From Promethearchaeota archaeon (GTDB lineage Archaea; Asgardarchaeota; Lokiarchaeia; Sigyniarchaeales; SOKP01), in the NCBI GenBank assembly GCA_048938895.1, contig JBHLLU010000020.1, positions 1,082 to 65,081 on the forward strand: a stretch of DNA of 64,000 bases. Reading direction: 5' to 3'. Shown here one piece after another: positions 39,010 to 49,272 of this stretch. Position 1 is the first letter of the stretch. Every line of letters starts with the position of its first letter. The notes under the pieces were generated by a model. That model was not told the DNA's origin and searched no databases. It saw only the letters and a list, made by a program, of their open reading frames with translations. The position numbers and the translations under genes are program-made.

Positions 39010-40236
39010 TTAGATTTTAAGATCTCTTGAAAAGACATGCATTACATTAGTGAAACCCATTCCAGGTTGTCCTAGTGTATGTTGAAGACCTAGATCAAGG
39101 TGTTTATCAGGAACTTGTCTTTTTGCTACTTCCTTATCTTTGGTCATCTGCCAAAATATTTCTGCAACTTGGCGCACTCCTGTTGCCCCTAGTGGGTGAC
39201 CAACTGATAGTAATCCACCACTTGGATTTATAGGAAGATCACCATCGATTTCTACAACTCCATCATTTATCATAGATGGTCCTTCACCTTTTTTACAGAA
39301 ACCAAAATCTTCATAATGTACAAGCTCAGAAACTGAAAAACAGTCATGACATTCAACAAATCCTCTATTATAAAAGTCTTTTGGTTCGACATTAGCCATT
39401 TTATATACTTTTTGTGCAGTTAAATAGTCAGTAACTATTCCGGGGCCATACCATTTACCGGTCTCTTCAAAAAATCGCCTTTCATTTGCTCCCCCCATAT
39501 TACTTCCCATAGCACTACCTTTAACCCAGATAGGAGTATCAATGTGATGTTTCTTTACAAAATCTTCACTCATTACAACAACAGCAGCAGCTCCATCTGT
39601 ACGAGGGCAGCATTGAGATCTAGTAAGGGGATCATTTATCATTACATCATCTAAAACTTCATCTAAAGTCATAGGAGTTTGAAATTCTGCTTTATGATTT
39701 TTAGAGGCATTTCTTCTACTTTTTACAACAATATTAGCAAAATCTTCTTTTGTTGAACCGTACTCCTTCATATGTGTTCTCCCCATAAAAGCAAAACCTG
39801 CAGGCATACCACCCCCACCACCACTAGGCATTGGAGAACTATAACTGTATGCCTTTGCTTCAATTTGAAACCTTGTCCCTCCCCCAACTACCCCCATGGA
39901 TACATTCTTCATTTTTTCAATTCCCATTGCCATTACACAATCACTCATTCCTGAAGCTATATCCATAAAAGCTAGTCGAAATGCATTCGAACCAGATGAG
40001 CATGCATTTACGACTCTTGTAATAGGGATTCCCACCATACCGCATTCATCCATAATCTCATGACCGACACCGACTCCCCCACAAGTGCCATAATAACAAC
40101 TTTCGATCAATTTACGATCTATCCCTGCATTTTCAATAGCATCATTTACCGCAGGTCTTCCAATTTCTTGATACATTAGTGCATCGAGTCTTCCAAAAGG
40201 AGACATCCCAGCACCTACAACAGCTACATTTCTCAT
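39010..40236 (-). CDS. SCP-x-type thiolase family protein, partnered with DUF35
   Basis: GAGMSPFGR, NACSSGSNA, ECHDCF, NPSGGLLSVGHPLGATG. Confidence 0.9.
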   Translation of the reverse strand: MRNVAVVGAGMSPFGRLDALMYQEIGRPAVNDAIENAGIDRKLIESCYYGTCGGVGVGHEIMDECGMVGIPITRVVNACSSGSNAFRLAFMDIASGMSDCVMAMGIEKMKNVSMGVVGGGTRFQIEAKAYSYSSPMPSGGGGGMPAGFAFMGRTHMKEYGSTKEDFANIVVKSRRNASKNHKAEFQTPMTLDEVLDDVMINDPLTRSQCCPRTDGAAAVVVMSEDFVKKHHIDTPIWVKGSAMGSNMGGANERRFFEETGKWYGPGIVTDYLTAQKVYKMANVEPKDFYNRGFVECHDCFSVSELVHYEDFGFCKKGEGPSMINDGVVEIDGDLPINPSGGLLSVGHPLGATGVRQVAEIFWQMTKDKEVAKRQVPDKHLDLGLQHTLGQPGMGFTNVMHVFSRDLKI

Positions 40237-40238
40237 TC

Positions 40239-40625
40239 TTATTCCTCCAATTTTTTAAATATATTAAATTTATCGTGTGGGATTAATTCTACTTTATCCC
40301 CTATTTTTAAATCCTCAATACTTTTAACATCAAAAGTCCCACTTATTCCAATGGAATCCTTTCCATCTTCAGAATACAGCCTTGCAGAGCCAAAAATTCG
40401 TTGTTCATCTGTTGCTTTTCTCTTATAGGTTGATGAAAATGTTATTACTTCTCCTTTAGGTCCTAATAAAATCTGTGAAAAATCAGTGCCTTGGCATCTA
40501 TTGCAATAAGTTCTTTGTGGATATCTAATATTTCCGCAATTATTACATTTATAAGCGTTTATCTTATTGTCAATTCTTGCTGGTCCTTTTACACGTGTTA
40601 TTAGACTTTCTTGAATACTTTTCAT
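40239..40625 (-). CDS. DUF35 zinc-ribbon/OB-fold protein (thiolase scaffold)
   Basis: CNNCG...YPQRTYCNRC, GEVITFS, LKIGDKV; 2 nt upstream of the thiolase. Confidence 0.88.
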   Translation of the reverse strand: MKSIQESLITRVKGPARIDNKINAYKCNNCGNIRYPQRTYCNRCQGTDFSQILLGPKGEVITFSSTYKRKATDEQRIFGSARLYSEDGKDSIGISGTFDVKSIEDLKIGDKVELIPHDKFNIFKKLEE

Positions 40626-40919
40626 ACTATTTTCCTTTAATTTATATCTACTTTTGCATATTTGTTTTTAATTCAAAAAATTTTCTAAAATATTTTATTT
40701 GGTAAAAACTGTAGTGCTTATAAAATTTTCAATTTATTTTTATATAACATATTTGATTTTGATACTTTTCCTCTCCTCCTTCTGCTATAGAATTAAAAAA
40801 TTCAGTACAACTTTTAAATGAAGAAACCACTCCGTATCGATACTTAAAAGAAATAACAAACTAAAAAATATCTACACAATTATTATTGTTATTAGATTCA
40901 CACTAAACCCTGAAAAATA

Positions 40920-41966
40920 TTGTTTAAATACAATTTAAAGTCTGAAATAAACGAAATTGATGGAGTATATCAATTTAAAATAAACTTTCCATCGTTTGAA
41001 GGACTCCAATTTGTAAGCATGTATTTGCTTAAAATTGAAGAGAACTACATTCTTATAGATGCAGGTTTAAGTTTTAGAGAATGTGAAAATTTATTTTTTT
41101 CTGAGCTTGAAAATTTAAACATATCAATTGATGACTTAAAATATCTAATTCTTACTCATGAACACCCGGATCATATTGGAATTGCTAAAGCTATTAAACT
41201 TAAAAATCCAAATATACAAATACTTGCTCATGAAATGACTAATTCCTTGATGAGATGGAGGGTAAGACCAAAAAATTCAGAATATACTCAAGATTCCGCT
41301 GAAGAATCATCTTCTTATTTAATAAAATATGGCATGGATGAAGATCAAGCAAAAAAAGTACTCAACTATATGGTTAATTTTCGAAGTTTTACAGAATATC
41401 ATGAACCAGATCGAATTTTACGGGATAATGATGAGATCTCAATTAATTCAAATAAATTGAAAATAATTTGGACTCCAGGACATAGCATTGGTCATATATG
41501 TGTCTTTTATGAAAAAAAAAGTTATCTCTTTTCAGGAGATCATATTCTTTCGAGAATAACTCCTCATATCGGAGCGTATATTATCCCAAATACTATGATA
41601 GAGGAATATAAAGGAGTTGATTTTAACAATATTTTAAAACATTATTTGGACTCCTTGGATCGAATTGATCAACTGAATCCGAGCATAATATTTCCCGCAC
41701 ATCAGGAGATTATTTACAATCCGCATGAAAGAATTTTAGATATTAAAAAACATCATGAGAATCGGTTGATCGAAATTGCTGACACCATTAAAGAAGAACC
41801 AAAAACACCTTATCAAATTTCTCAACTACATTTCGGAAAGAATTTAAGTGAAATTAATGAATTTCTTGCTATTAGTGAGGTTTTAAGCCACTTGATCTAT
41901 TTAGAACATCAACATAAAGTAAAAAGAATAGAGAAAAATAATAAAATCTATTTTGTAAGGATTTAA
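40920..41966 (+). CDS. Metallo-beta-lactamase-fold hydrolase with C-terminal winged helix
   Basis: THEHPDHIG, TPGHSIGH, FSGDHIL..ITPHI, PAH. Confidence 0.9.
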   Translation: MFKYNLKSEINEIDGVYQFKINFPSFEGLQFVSMYLLKIEENYILIDAGLSFRECENLFFSELENLNISIDDLKYLILTHEHPDHIGIAKAIKLKNPNIQILAHEMTNSLMRWRVRPKNSEYTQDSAEESSSYLIKYGMDEDQAKKVLNYMVNFRSFTEYHEPDRILRDNDEISINSNKLKIIWTPGHSIGHICVFYEKKSYLFSGDHILSRITPHIGAYIIPNTMIEEYKGVDFNNILKHYLDSLDRIDQLNPSIIFPAHQEIIYNPHERILDIKKHHENRLIEIADTIKEEPKTPYQISQLHFGKNLSEINEFLAISEVLSHLIYLEHQHKVKRIEKNNKIYFVRI

Positions 41967-41969
41967 GTA

Positions 41970-42815
41970 TTATTCATTAAATTCCGAAATAATAGCGTTC
42001 AAACGTTCATTTACTCGCTCTGTAATGACAGAATCTTTATGTGTAAAAATATACAATTTTTCATTTTTGATCGCTTGAAATGTGATATTAGCAACCTCTT
42101 CTGGCATTATCGCGGGGGAATTCTCCATAAAATTTTTGATTTCTTCAATTCTTTCTGCATCTAATTCATCAGGATTAAAAAAATCTCTTCTATCTTCTTC
42201 AGATAATCTATTGAGTGCTGATAAGAATATATTCGTTTTCACAAATCCAGGACAAAGGACAGAAACTTTAATCTTAGGCCCATTTTCCTCCAATTCAAGA
42301 GCCAACCTTTCTGTTAGATGAACAATTGCATGTTTACACACCCCATATGTAGCACCCCCTATTCCACTTGAGATTATCCCTTCTATAGAAGCTGTGTTAA
42401 CAATATGACATTCTGTATCCTGTTTGAGCATTATCGGAATAAAAGTATGAATACCATGAATTACACCCCATAAATTCACGCTCAATACGAGTTCCCAATC
42501 TTTTAAATCATATTCCCAAGCAAGCTGGGGAATAGCTATTCCCGCATTATTAAACAAAAGATGAACAACACCAAAAGTATCGAGTGTTTTTTTTGCTAAT
42601 TCCTCAACGTCGGAAGCTTTAGAAACATCTGTTACTACTGAAAGCACTTCAATTTCCCCTCTTTTTAATTTTCGTTCTAACCTTCTTAATCGCTTTTCAT
42701 CAATATCGGCAATAACCACTTTCATACCTTCTTTAGCACACTTTTCTGCCAACCCTAATCCAATACCACTAGCCGCACCAGTGATAACTGCAACTTTATC
42801 TTTAAAATCTATCAT
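41970..42815 (-). CDS. Short-chain dehydrogenase/reductase
   Basis: TGAASGIG, NNAGI, NTAS, YGVCK. Confidence 0.92.
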   Translation of the reverse strand: MIDFKDKVAVITGAASGIGLGLAEKCAKEGMKVVIADIDEKRLRRLERKLKRGEIEVLSVVTDVSKASDVEELAKKTLDTFGVVHLLFNNAGIAIPQLAWEYDLKDWELVLSVNLWGVIHGIHTFIPIMLKQDTECHIVNTASIEGIISSGIGGATYGVCKHAIVHLTERLALELEENGPKIKVSVLCPGFVKTNIFLSALNRLSEEDRRDFFNPDELDAERIEEIKNFMENSPAIMPEEVANITFQAIKNEKLYIFTHKDSVITERVNERLNAIISEFNE

Positions 42816-42962
42816 ATGAAATATTCAACTGGATAACATAAAAATATTCTTTCGATGTGTAATTTCGAATTAGAAACCTATAATTATAAATATCTTTTCA
42901 GCTAAAATCACAAATATTATAGAATTATTCTCAAATAAGTTATATATTTTGTGTGAAAAATT

Positions 42963-43985
42963 GTGAAAGCTGCTGTTTTTTACGGTCCTAGAGATATTAG
43001 AGTAGAAGAAGTGGAAAAACCTGAAGTTCAAGATAACGAGATTCTTATCAAAGTCAATGCTTGCGGGATTTGTGGTTCCGATTTACACATGTATAAATTG
43101 AATCTCTATACCCCAATGCTTGTAAGACCTTTAAAAAAAGGGGGAATACCTGGTCATGAATATTGTGGGATTGTAGATAAAGTTGGAAGCAATGTCTGTG
43201 GAATCAAGGAAGGTGATAAAGTAGTGGCGTTTTCTCGTGGCGGTGGTATGGCAGAATATGTTCCAGTACCCGTTTTTGAAGATTTTAACGTCCATCAAAT
43301 ACCTTCTGAGATTTCATTTGAAGAAGCAGCGACACTCGAACCTTTAGGTAATTCATATCATGCTTTGATGAAGGGTAATCCTTCTAAGGAGGATAATGTG
43401 GTAATATTTGGGGCAGGATTAATAGGATTAGGTATAATTCAATGCATAAAAGCTCTAGATATGGAAATAAATAAAATAATTATAGTTGATTTATCAGATC
43501 ATCGCTTAAAAAAAGCAACAGAATTAGGTGCTGATGAAGTTATTAATGCCAGAAATGATAATCCTGTAATAAAAATAAATAAACTCGTTGAGTTAATACC
43601 ATTACCAATGATGCCTGATGTAAGATTGCCTAAAGTTGACATAATATATGATTGTGTAGGATATATGAAGGAACATAAAGGTCCTATAGTCCTCCAACAA
43701 GCAATTGATATGGTAAGTTATGGTACTGGTAAAATAGTAGTACATGGCATATTTGAAGATACAGTTCCTCTCAACCTTTCAATGATGGTGGGAAAGGAGA
43801 CCTCTATTCTTGGCTCTTATGGAAGTTCTCCAGAAGAAGTCCGAGAATGTATAAAATTGCTTCAAAACAAAAGAGTTGATCGGTCAAAAATTATTTCTCA
43901 TGAATTTCCACTAGATAAGGTGAAAGAAGCTTTTGAAACTCAATGCAATGTTGATGAATCGGTAAAAGTGTTAATAAAACCGTAA
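42963..43985 (+). CDS. Zinc-dependent medium-chain alcohol dehydrogenase lacking the structural Zn lobe
   Basis: CGICGSDLH, GHE, GAGLIG; the 4-Cys segment after GDKVV is absent. Confidence 0.9.
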   Translation: MKAAVFYGPRDIRVEEVEKPEVQDNEILIKVNACGICGSDLHMYKLNLYTPMLVRPLKKGGIPGHEYCGIVDKVGSNVCGIKEGDKVVAFSRGGGMAEYVPVPVFEDFNVHQIPSEISFEEAATLEPLGNSYHALMKGNPSKEDNVVIFGAGLIGLGIIQCIKALDMEINKIIIVDLSDHRLKKATELGADEVINARNDNPVIKINKLVELIPLPMMPDVRLPKVDIIYDCVGYMKEHKGPIVLQQAIDMVSYGTGKIVVHGIFEDTVPLNLSMMVGKETSILGSYGSSPEEVRECIKLLQNKRVDRSKIISHEFPLDKVKEAFETQCNVDESVKVLIKP

Positions 43986-44000
43986 AGAAACTGTAAGAAG

Positions 44001-44876
44001 TTAGTTTTCAAACTCCTCAAGAATTTCATCAAATCGTTCTTTTATCAAACCCTTCAAGATTTTATCCTTATGTGTTAAAATGTAAAACTTATCTTGTTCA
44101 ATAGCTTGAAAAATGCGATCTGCTGCTTCTTCAGGTGAAATTATTTTCGTTTGTTCTAATGCATTTTCTATATTTGTACCCAATTTAGAACCCAGCTTAG
44201 CAATATAGTCTTCGCCCCTCGTATCTTCACCTTCTTCTCTTGGGAGATTTTGATATCTATCTGGACGATGAGTATCACCGAATAATATTCTTGTGTTAAC
44301 GAAACCAGGGCATACAACTGATACTTTGACTTTACTGCCATACATTTCTAAATCAGTTCTTAGTGTCTCACTCAAAGAGATTATGCCGTGTTTTGATACA
44401 CCATAGATAGCACCACCAGGTCCGGAACCAGAAAGTAACCCTTCAATTGAGGCAACATTAACAATATGACATTCTGTATCCTGTTTGAGCATAATTGGAA
44501 CAAAAATTCTAACTCCATTAATTACACCCCAAAGATTCACACCCAATTGATACTCCCAATCTTTTAAAGTGTAATTCCATGTATATTTGGTATTTCCAAT
44601 TCCTGCATTATTTACTAACAAATGTACAGCTCCATAGGTTTCCAGCGTCTTTTTTGCTAGCTCTTCAATATTACTCACTATTGATACATCAGTCAAAACT
44701 GTGATAAAATCAACTTCAAGTCTTTTCATTTTTCTTGTGGCTCTTCTTAAGAACTTTTCATCAATATCTGCTAATACCACCTTCATACCTTCTTTTCCGC
44801 AACGCTGAGCTAAAGCTAACCCAATACCGCTTCCCGCTCCCGTGATCACTATCACTTTATTTTTGAAATCTTTCAT
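44001..44876 (-). CDS. Short-chain dehydrogenase/reductase
   Basis: TGAGSGIG, NNAG, NVAS, YGVSK. Confidence 0.92.
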   Translation of the reverse strand: MKDFKNKVIVITGAGSGIGLALAQRCGKEGMKVVLADIDEKFLRRATRKMKRLEVDFITVLTDVSIVSNIEELAKKTLETYGAVHLLVNNAGIGNTKYTWNYTLKDWEYQLGVNLWGVINGVRIFVPIMLKQDTECHIVNVASIEGLLSGSGPGGAIYGVSKHGIISLSETLRTDLEMYGSKVKVSVVCPGFVNTRILFGDTHRPDRYQNLPREEGEDTRGEDYIAKLGSKLGTNIENALEQTKIISPEEAADRIFQAIEQDKFYILTHKDKILKGLIKERFDEILEEFEN

Positions 44877-44897
44877 TTTATAGCCATTTAATTAGAT

Positions 44898-45803
44898 TTA
44901 TCGATAATCATTAATATTGATACCATATTTACGGTATCTTTGTCTCATATTATAAGCACGTTCGGCATGAGACATTTTGAGGGCATTTTCAAATTCTTTA
45001 GGTTTACCCTTTAAAGCAAGGATATTGAAATAATCTTTATTATCGCAGATGTATAACTTATTCTCCTTTATTTCTTTCACGTAGATTTTTGCAACTTCAT
45101 CAGGTGATACCGCAATTTCGAGGAATCCTTGTCTAACCTCTTTCATAATTTCTTCTACTTTTTCCTCTCCTACATCTTCAATTAACTTTTGAGGAACCTT
45201 TAATTCTGATATATTCCATATATTCGTTGCAATAACCCAGGGACAAATTACAGATACATTTATCCCCATCCCATTAAGACTGCCAAATAATGCTTCGGAT
45301 AACCCAACTACCGCGAATTTTGTTGTCACATAGGGAAGAGGCTCTGCTGATCCAAATATTCCTGCTCCTGATGCAACATTTACTAAATGCCCCGATCCTT
45401 TTGCTATCATTCTTGGAACAAAGGTTTTTAATGAATATATTATGCTCCATAAATTAACACCTATAACCTTTTCCCAATCCTCTAATTCAAGTTGTAAAAT
45501 TCCACCACCAATCGCAATTCCTGCATTATTTACCAGAAGATCAATATCTCCTAGATTTGATCTAAAATCTTTTTCACATCCTTCCCAATCTTCGAATTTA
45601 GAGACATCACATTTATTTGAGAATACCTTAACTCCAATTTCTTCGATTTCTTTTTTCACATTTTCTAATCCTTCTAAATTAATGTCCGTTATATAAAGCA
45701 CCATTCCTTCTCTGGCAAGCTCAAGCGCTATAGAGCGTCCTATTCCACTCGCGGCACCTGTAATAAAGCAATTTTTTCCCTTCAAATCTTTCATTTTTCT
45801 CAC
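44898..45803 (-). CDS. Short-chain dehydrogenase/reductase (probable start ATG 45794)
   Basis: TGAASGIG, NNAG, NVASG, YVTTK. Confidence 0.92.
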   Translation of the reverse strand: MRKMKDLKGKNCFITGAASGIGRSIALELAREGMVLYITDINLEGLENVKKEIEEIGVKVFSNKCDVSKFEDWEGCEKDFRSNLGDIDLLVNNAGIAIGGGILQLELEDWEKVIGVNLWSIIYSLKTFVPRMIAKGSGHLVNVASGAGIFGSAEPLPYVTTKFAVVGLSEALFGSLNGMGINVSVICPWVIATNIWNISELKVPQKLIEDVGEEKVEEIMKEVRQGFLEIAVSPDEVAKIYVKEIKENKLYICDNKDYFNILALKGKPKEFENALKMSHAERAYNMRQRYRKYGININDYR

Positions 45804-45830
45804 TTTTAAAAATTGATCTATTTTTAATTT

Positions 45831-46742
45831 TTACATATAGTCTGTAATATTTATACCATGTTTTAAAAAATGTTCTCGAAAGGCTTTCCCTCGGTTTGTA
45901 AAACCTTCTATTATATGATTCTCATATTGTTTAGGATCTTTCCCTTTCATAGCCATGGCATCCAAGTAATAAGGACTATCAAAAATATAAAGTTGATTCT
46001 TTTCAATTCCTTCTAAATATATCTGTACCGCGTCATCTGGTGATATTGCACCTGCGGCAATAGTATCCATTAATGTACTGTAAGCTTTATCCAATTTTTC
46101 TTTTCCAAAATCTTTTAAAAGTCTCGGTGGGTATTGAATTTTATCTGTATCGATAACAATTATGTTAGTCTTGATCCACATTGGTACTATAACAGACACA
46201 TTGATCCCTATATTTTTTAACCGAGCAAAAAAAGTTTCTGAAAGTCCCACTACTCCAAATTTAGATGCTATATATGGAATTGGTTCTGCTACTCCTAAAA
46301 TACCAGCTCCCGAAGCGATATTTACAATATGACCAGATCCTCTTTTAACCATTCGTGGTAAAAATGCCTTTATGGAATGAATTATACTCCCTAAATTTGT
46401 ATCCATCACTTTCTGCCAAACCTCTAAATCGATATTGAGAATATCAAAACCCATAGAAATTCCCGCATTATTGATTAGAAGATCTATTTCACCCATTTTC
46501 TCATAAAAATCATTAGAAGCTTTCTCGAAATCGTTATATTTGGATACATCACATTTTGTAGCTACTATTTTAACTCCAATTTTTTTAATATCTGATTTAA
46601 CCTTTTCTAAACCTTCCATATTGATATCCGTGATATAGAGATTCATTCCTCGCTTCGCTAATGCAAATGCAAAAGAACGACCAATTCCACTAGCAGCTCC
46701 AGTAATAAAAACATTCTTATCTTTAAATTCATCCATTCTCAT
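45831..46742 (-). CDS. Short-chain dehydrogenase/reductase
   Basis: TGAASGIG, NNAG, NIASG, YIASK. Confidence 0.92.
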   Translation of the reverse strand: MRMDEFKDKNVFITGAASGIGRSFAFALAKRGMNLYITDINMEGLEKVKSDIKKIGVKIVATKCDVSKYNDFEKASNDFYEKMGEIDLLINNAGISMGFDILNIDLEVWQKVMDTNLGSIIHSIKAFLPRMVKRGSGHIVNIASGAGILGVAEPIPYIASKFGVVGLSETFFARLKNIGINVSVIVPMWIKTNIIVIDTDKIQYPPRLLKDFGKEKLDKAYSTLMDTIAAGAISPDDAVQIYLEGIEKNQLYIFDSPYYLDAMAMKGKDPKQYENHIIEGFTNRGKAFREHFLKHGINITDYM

Positions 46743-46943
46743 TCATTCCTTTGATGATAATAATATAACAATAATTTACTCAATCATAAAAAGTTTTAAT
46801 TAGCATCTATAAAATTTTGTAAAACCTTTTGGAAAACCTTTTATATTTTTAGATTAAACTTCTTATTACTGAATTTAATTATTTTTTTACATCATAAAAA
46901 ATCAATTAAAGAGCAAATTATAAGAATTTAAGAGGAAGAAGTT

Positions 46944-48638
46944 ATGAAAGATTATACAGATTGGGAACCTACTTTTGATTACGAAAACGAGTCACCGTAC
47001 CTTCAGAATCCAAATAGACCATGGCTTAAATATCGACCTGAAAATGTCCCAAAATCAATAAAATTTGATCCTATACCGATACATGAATTCATAAGAAAAA
47101 CAGCTGAAGATTATCCTAATAACGTATGTGTTTATTATAAGCCAACGGATAAGAAGTACACCTATAGAGAGTTATTGAATACTGCAGATAGAATAGCACA
47201 TGCTCTATTTCATGAAGGTATTAAGAAAGGTGATGCAGTGGGTGTGATGGCAAGTAATTGCCCAGAATTCTTATTCTGTCTTTTAGGGATCATGGAAACT
47301 GGTGCTTCTGTTGTCCCTATCAATGCTCTCCTTAAGGAAGGTGATGTAACGCATATTATTAAAGATGCTGGAAATATAAATACAGTATTCATTCATAAAA
47401 ACCAATATCGAACAATTAAACGGGTTAAAAAACTAGTAGAACTCAAAAATGTAATTTTAATTGGTACTGAAGAAGCAAAAGAAGGTACTGTTACCTTGAC
47501 AGAATTTATTGAGGGTATGCCAGCCAAACGTCCAGATGTGGACATAGATCCTATGGAGGATGTTGCTGCGTTATTGTACACAGGAGGTACAACGGGATTA
47601 CCTAAAGGAGTAATGTTAACTCACCATAACATAGTTTCAGATTGTCTTTGTGCTATGTTAATGGGTGGGGAACCAGACGAAGATGAAGAACCTATTTATG
47701 GTGTTGGTGTGAATTTATCTATTCTCCCTTTATGCCATTCCTTTGGTTTTACAGTGGTTATTATTGCCATGCATCTAGCTGCGATGTTAGTCATGTTTGC
47801 ATCTTTCAATGCATCTGAGGTATTAGAGGCAATCGAATATTATAAAGTAAAAGGATTTGTTGGTGTTCCTGTTATGTTTCAAATGATTGTTAATAATCCA
47901 GATTTCACCGAACGGGATTTATCCAGTCTTGAAACTGCTGGAGCTGGATCAGCCGCATTACCTCCAGAGATCTCTAAAAAATGGGAAGCGGTCACTGGTG
48001 TAAAACCAGGACAAGGATATGGATTAACTGAAACATCCCCTATAACACATACTGCTACTGATTGGATGCCAGAGATAAAATCTGAGAGCATAGGTGTGCC
48101 AATAATCGAAACTGATGCTATAATCGTAAATCCTGAAACTTTAGAGGAACTTCCAATAGGAGAAATCGGAGAATTACTCATCAGAGGACCTCAAGTAATG
48201 AAAGGATACTGGAAAAATCCTGAAGCAACCGAAGAAACAATTGTAAATGGATGGTTAAGAACTGGTGATTTGACAAGAATGGATGAGGATGGGTATTTTT
48301 ACATTGAAGGTCGTACAAAAGATATGATAAAATATAAGGGATATAAAGTTATGCCTCGTGAAGTCGAAGAAAAACTTTATGAGCATCCAGCTGTATTAGA
48401 AGTAGGTGTGGTTCCAGCACCTGATCCAAATATTGGAGAGACAATAAAAGCTTATATTGTATTGAAACCAGATTATAAAGATAAAATCACAGAACAAGAC
48501 ATAATCGAATGGGCAAAGGAAAAAATGGCGGGATATAAATATCCTCGACAAGTAGAATTTTTAAATGTTTTGCCACGTACAGCAGTCGGGAAAGTCTTTA
48601 GAAGAAAATTAAGAGAAGAAGCCTTTAAGGAGGCTTAG
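46944..48638 (+). CDS. Long-chain-fatty-acid--CoA ligase (FadD/LcfA-like)
   Basis: YTGGTTGLPKG, GYGLTETSP, RGPQVMKGYW, GWLRTGD, PRTAVGK. Confidence 0.93.
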   Translation: MKDYTDWEPTFDYENESPYLQNPNRPWLKYRPENVPKSIKFDPIPIHEFIRKTAEDYPNNVCVYYKPTDKKYTYRELLNTADRIAHALFHEGIKKGDAVGVMASNCPEFLFCLLGIMETGASVVPINALLKEGDVTHIIKDAGNINTVFIHKNQYRTIKRVKKLVELKNVILIGTEEAKEGTVTLTEFIEGMPAKRPDVDIDPMEDVAALLYTGGTTGLPKGVMLTHHNIVSDCLCAMLMGGEPDEDEEPIYGVGVNLSILPLCHSFGFTVVIIAMHLAAMLVMFASFNASEVLEAIEYYKVKGFVGVPVMFQMIVNNPDFTERDLSSLETAGAGSAALPPEISKKWEAVTGVKPGQGYGLTETSPITHTATDWMPEIKSESIGVPIIETDAIIVNPETLEELPIGEIGELLIRGPQVMKGYWKNPEATEETIVNGWLRTGDLTRMDEDGYFYIEGRTKDMIKYKGYKVMPREVEEKLYEHPAVLEVGVVPAPDPNIGETIKAYIVLKPDYKDKITEQDIIEWAKEKMAGYKYPRQVEFLNVLPRTAVGKVFRRKLREEAFKEA

Positions 48639-48744
48639 ACTTAAAATTTAATCTTTTTATTTCTTTTTTTCATATTGATTACAAATCAATATTAATCCCA
48701 TGATTATATCTTTAAATTTCAAAATAAAAAAAAATGAAAAAAAG

Positions 48745-49200
48745 TTATCTATTTCTATATTTTAAGTAAAATAATATTGTATTAATCAATCCTGCTATGA
48801 TACCACCATAAAATCCTTCCAAAGGCCACCAATCATAGTTACTATATTCTGCACCAAATGAAGCAATTCCAATTATTGCAAACAGTATTGTTAAAGCAGC
48901 TAGACCCATACCATATTTATCTAAATCCATATTGATAAATTTCTTGGGGAGAAGATCATTGAAAACTACAACTATTTGGATTAATAACAAAATAATCATA
49001 AAAACTTGTGCTATTAAATCTCCAGTAGTTGCATACTCACATGATAAACAGGAGTACCTATCCTCTCCGACACCAGTATGATAAAAAGCCGCAAAATCGA
49101 AGGCTGCGATAAAAATAATTCCTATAATACTTAATACTAATATTATGGCAGCGAATGGATCAACTTTCCTTTCTGATGACATTTTAATATCTCTCTGCAA
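48745..49200 (-). CDS. Hypothetical 4-TM membrane protein with CxxC loop
   Basis: Four hydrophobic segments; YSCLSCEY loop. Confidence 0.65.
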   Translation of the reverse strand: MQRDIKMSSERKVDPFAAIILVLSIIGIIFIAAFDFAAFYHTGVGEDRYSCLSCEYATTGDLIAQVFMIILLLIQIVVVFNDLLPKKFINMDLDKYGMGLAALTILFAIIGIASFGAEYSNYDWWPLEGFYGGIIAGLINTILFYLKYRNR

Positions 49201-49272
49201 GAAATTTTTATGAATAAATTCTTGTTGATATATTATTTAAATGTTTTTTTTATAAATTTAAATACATATATG

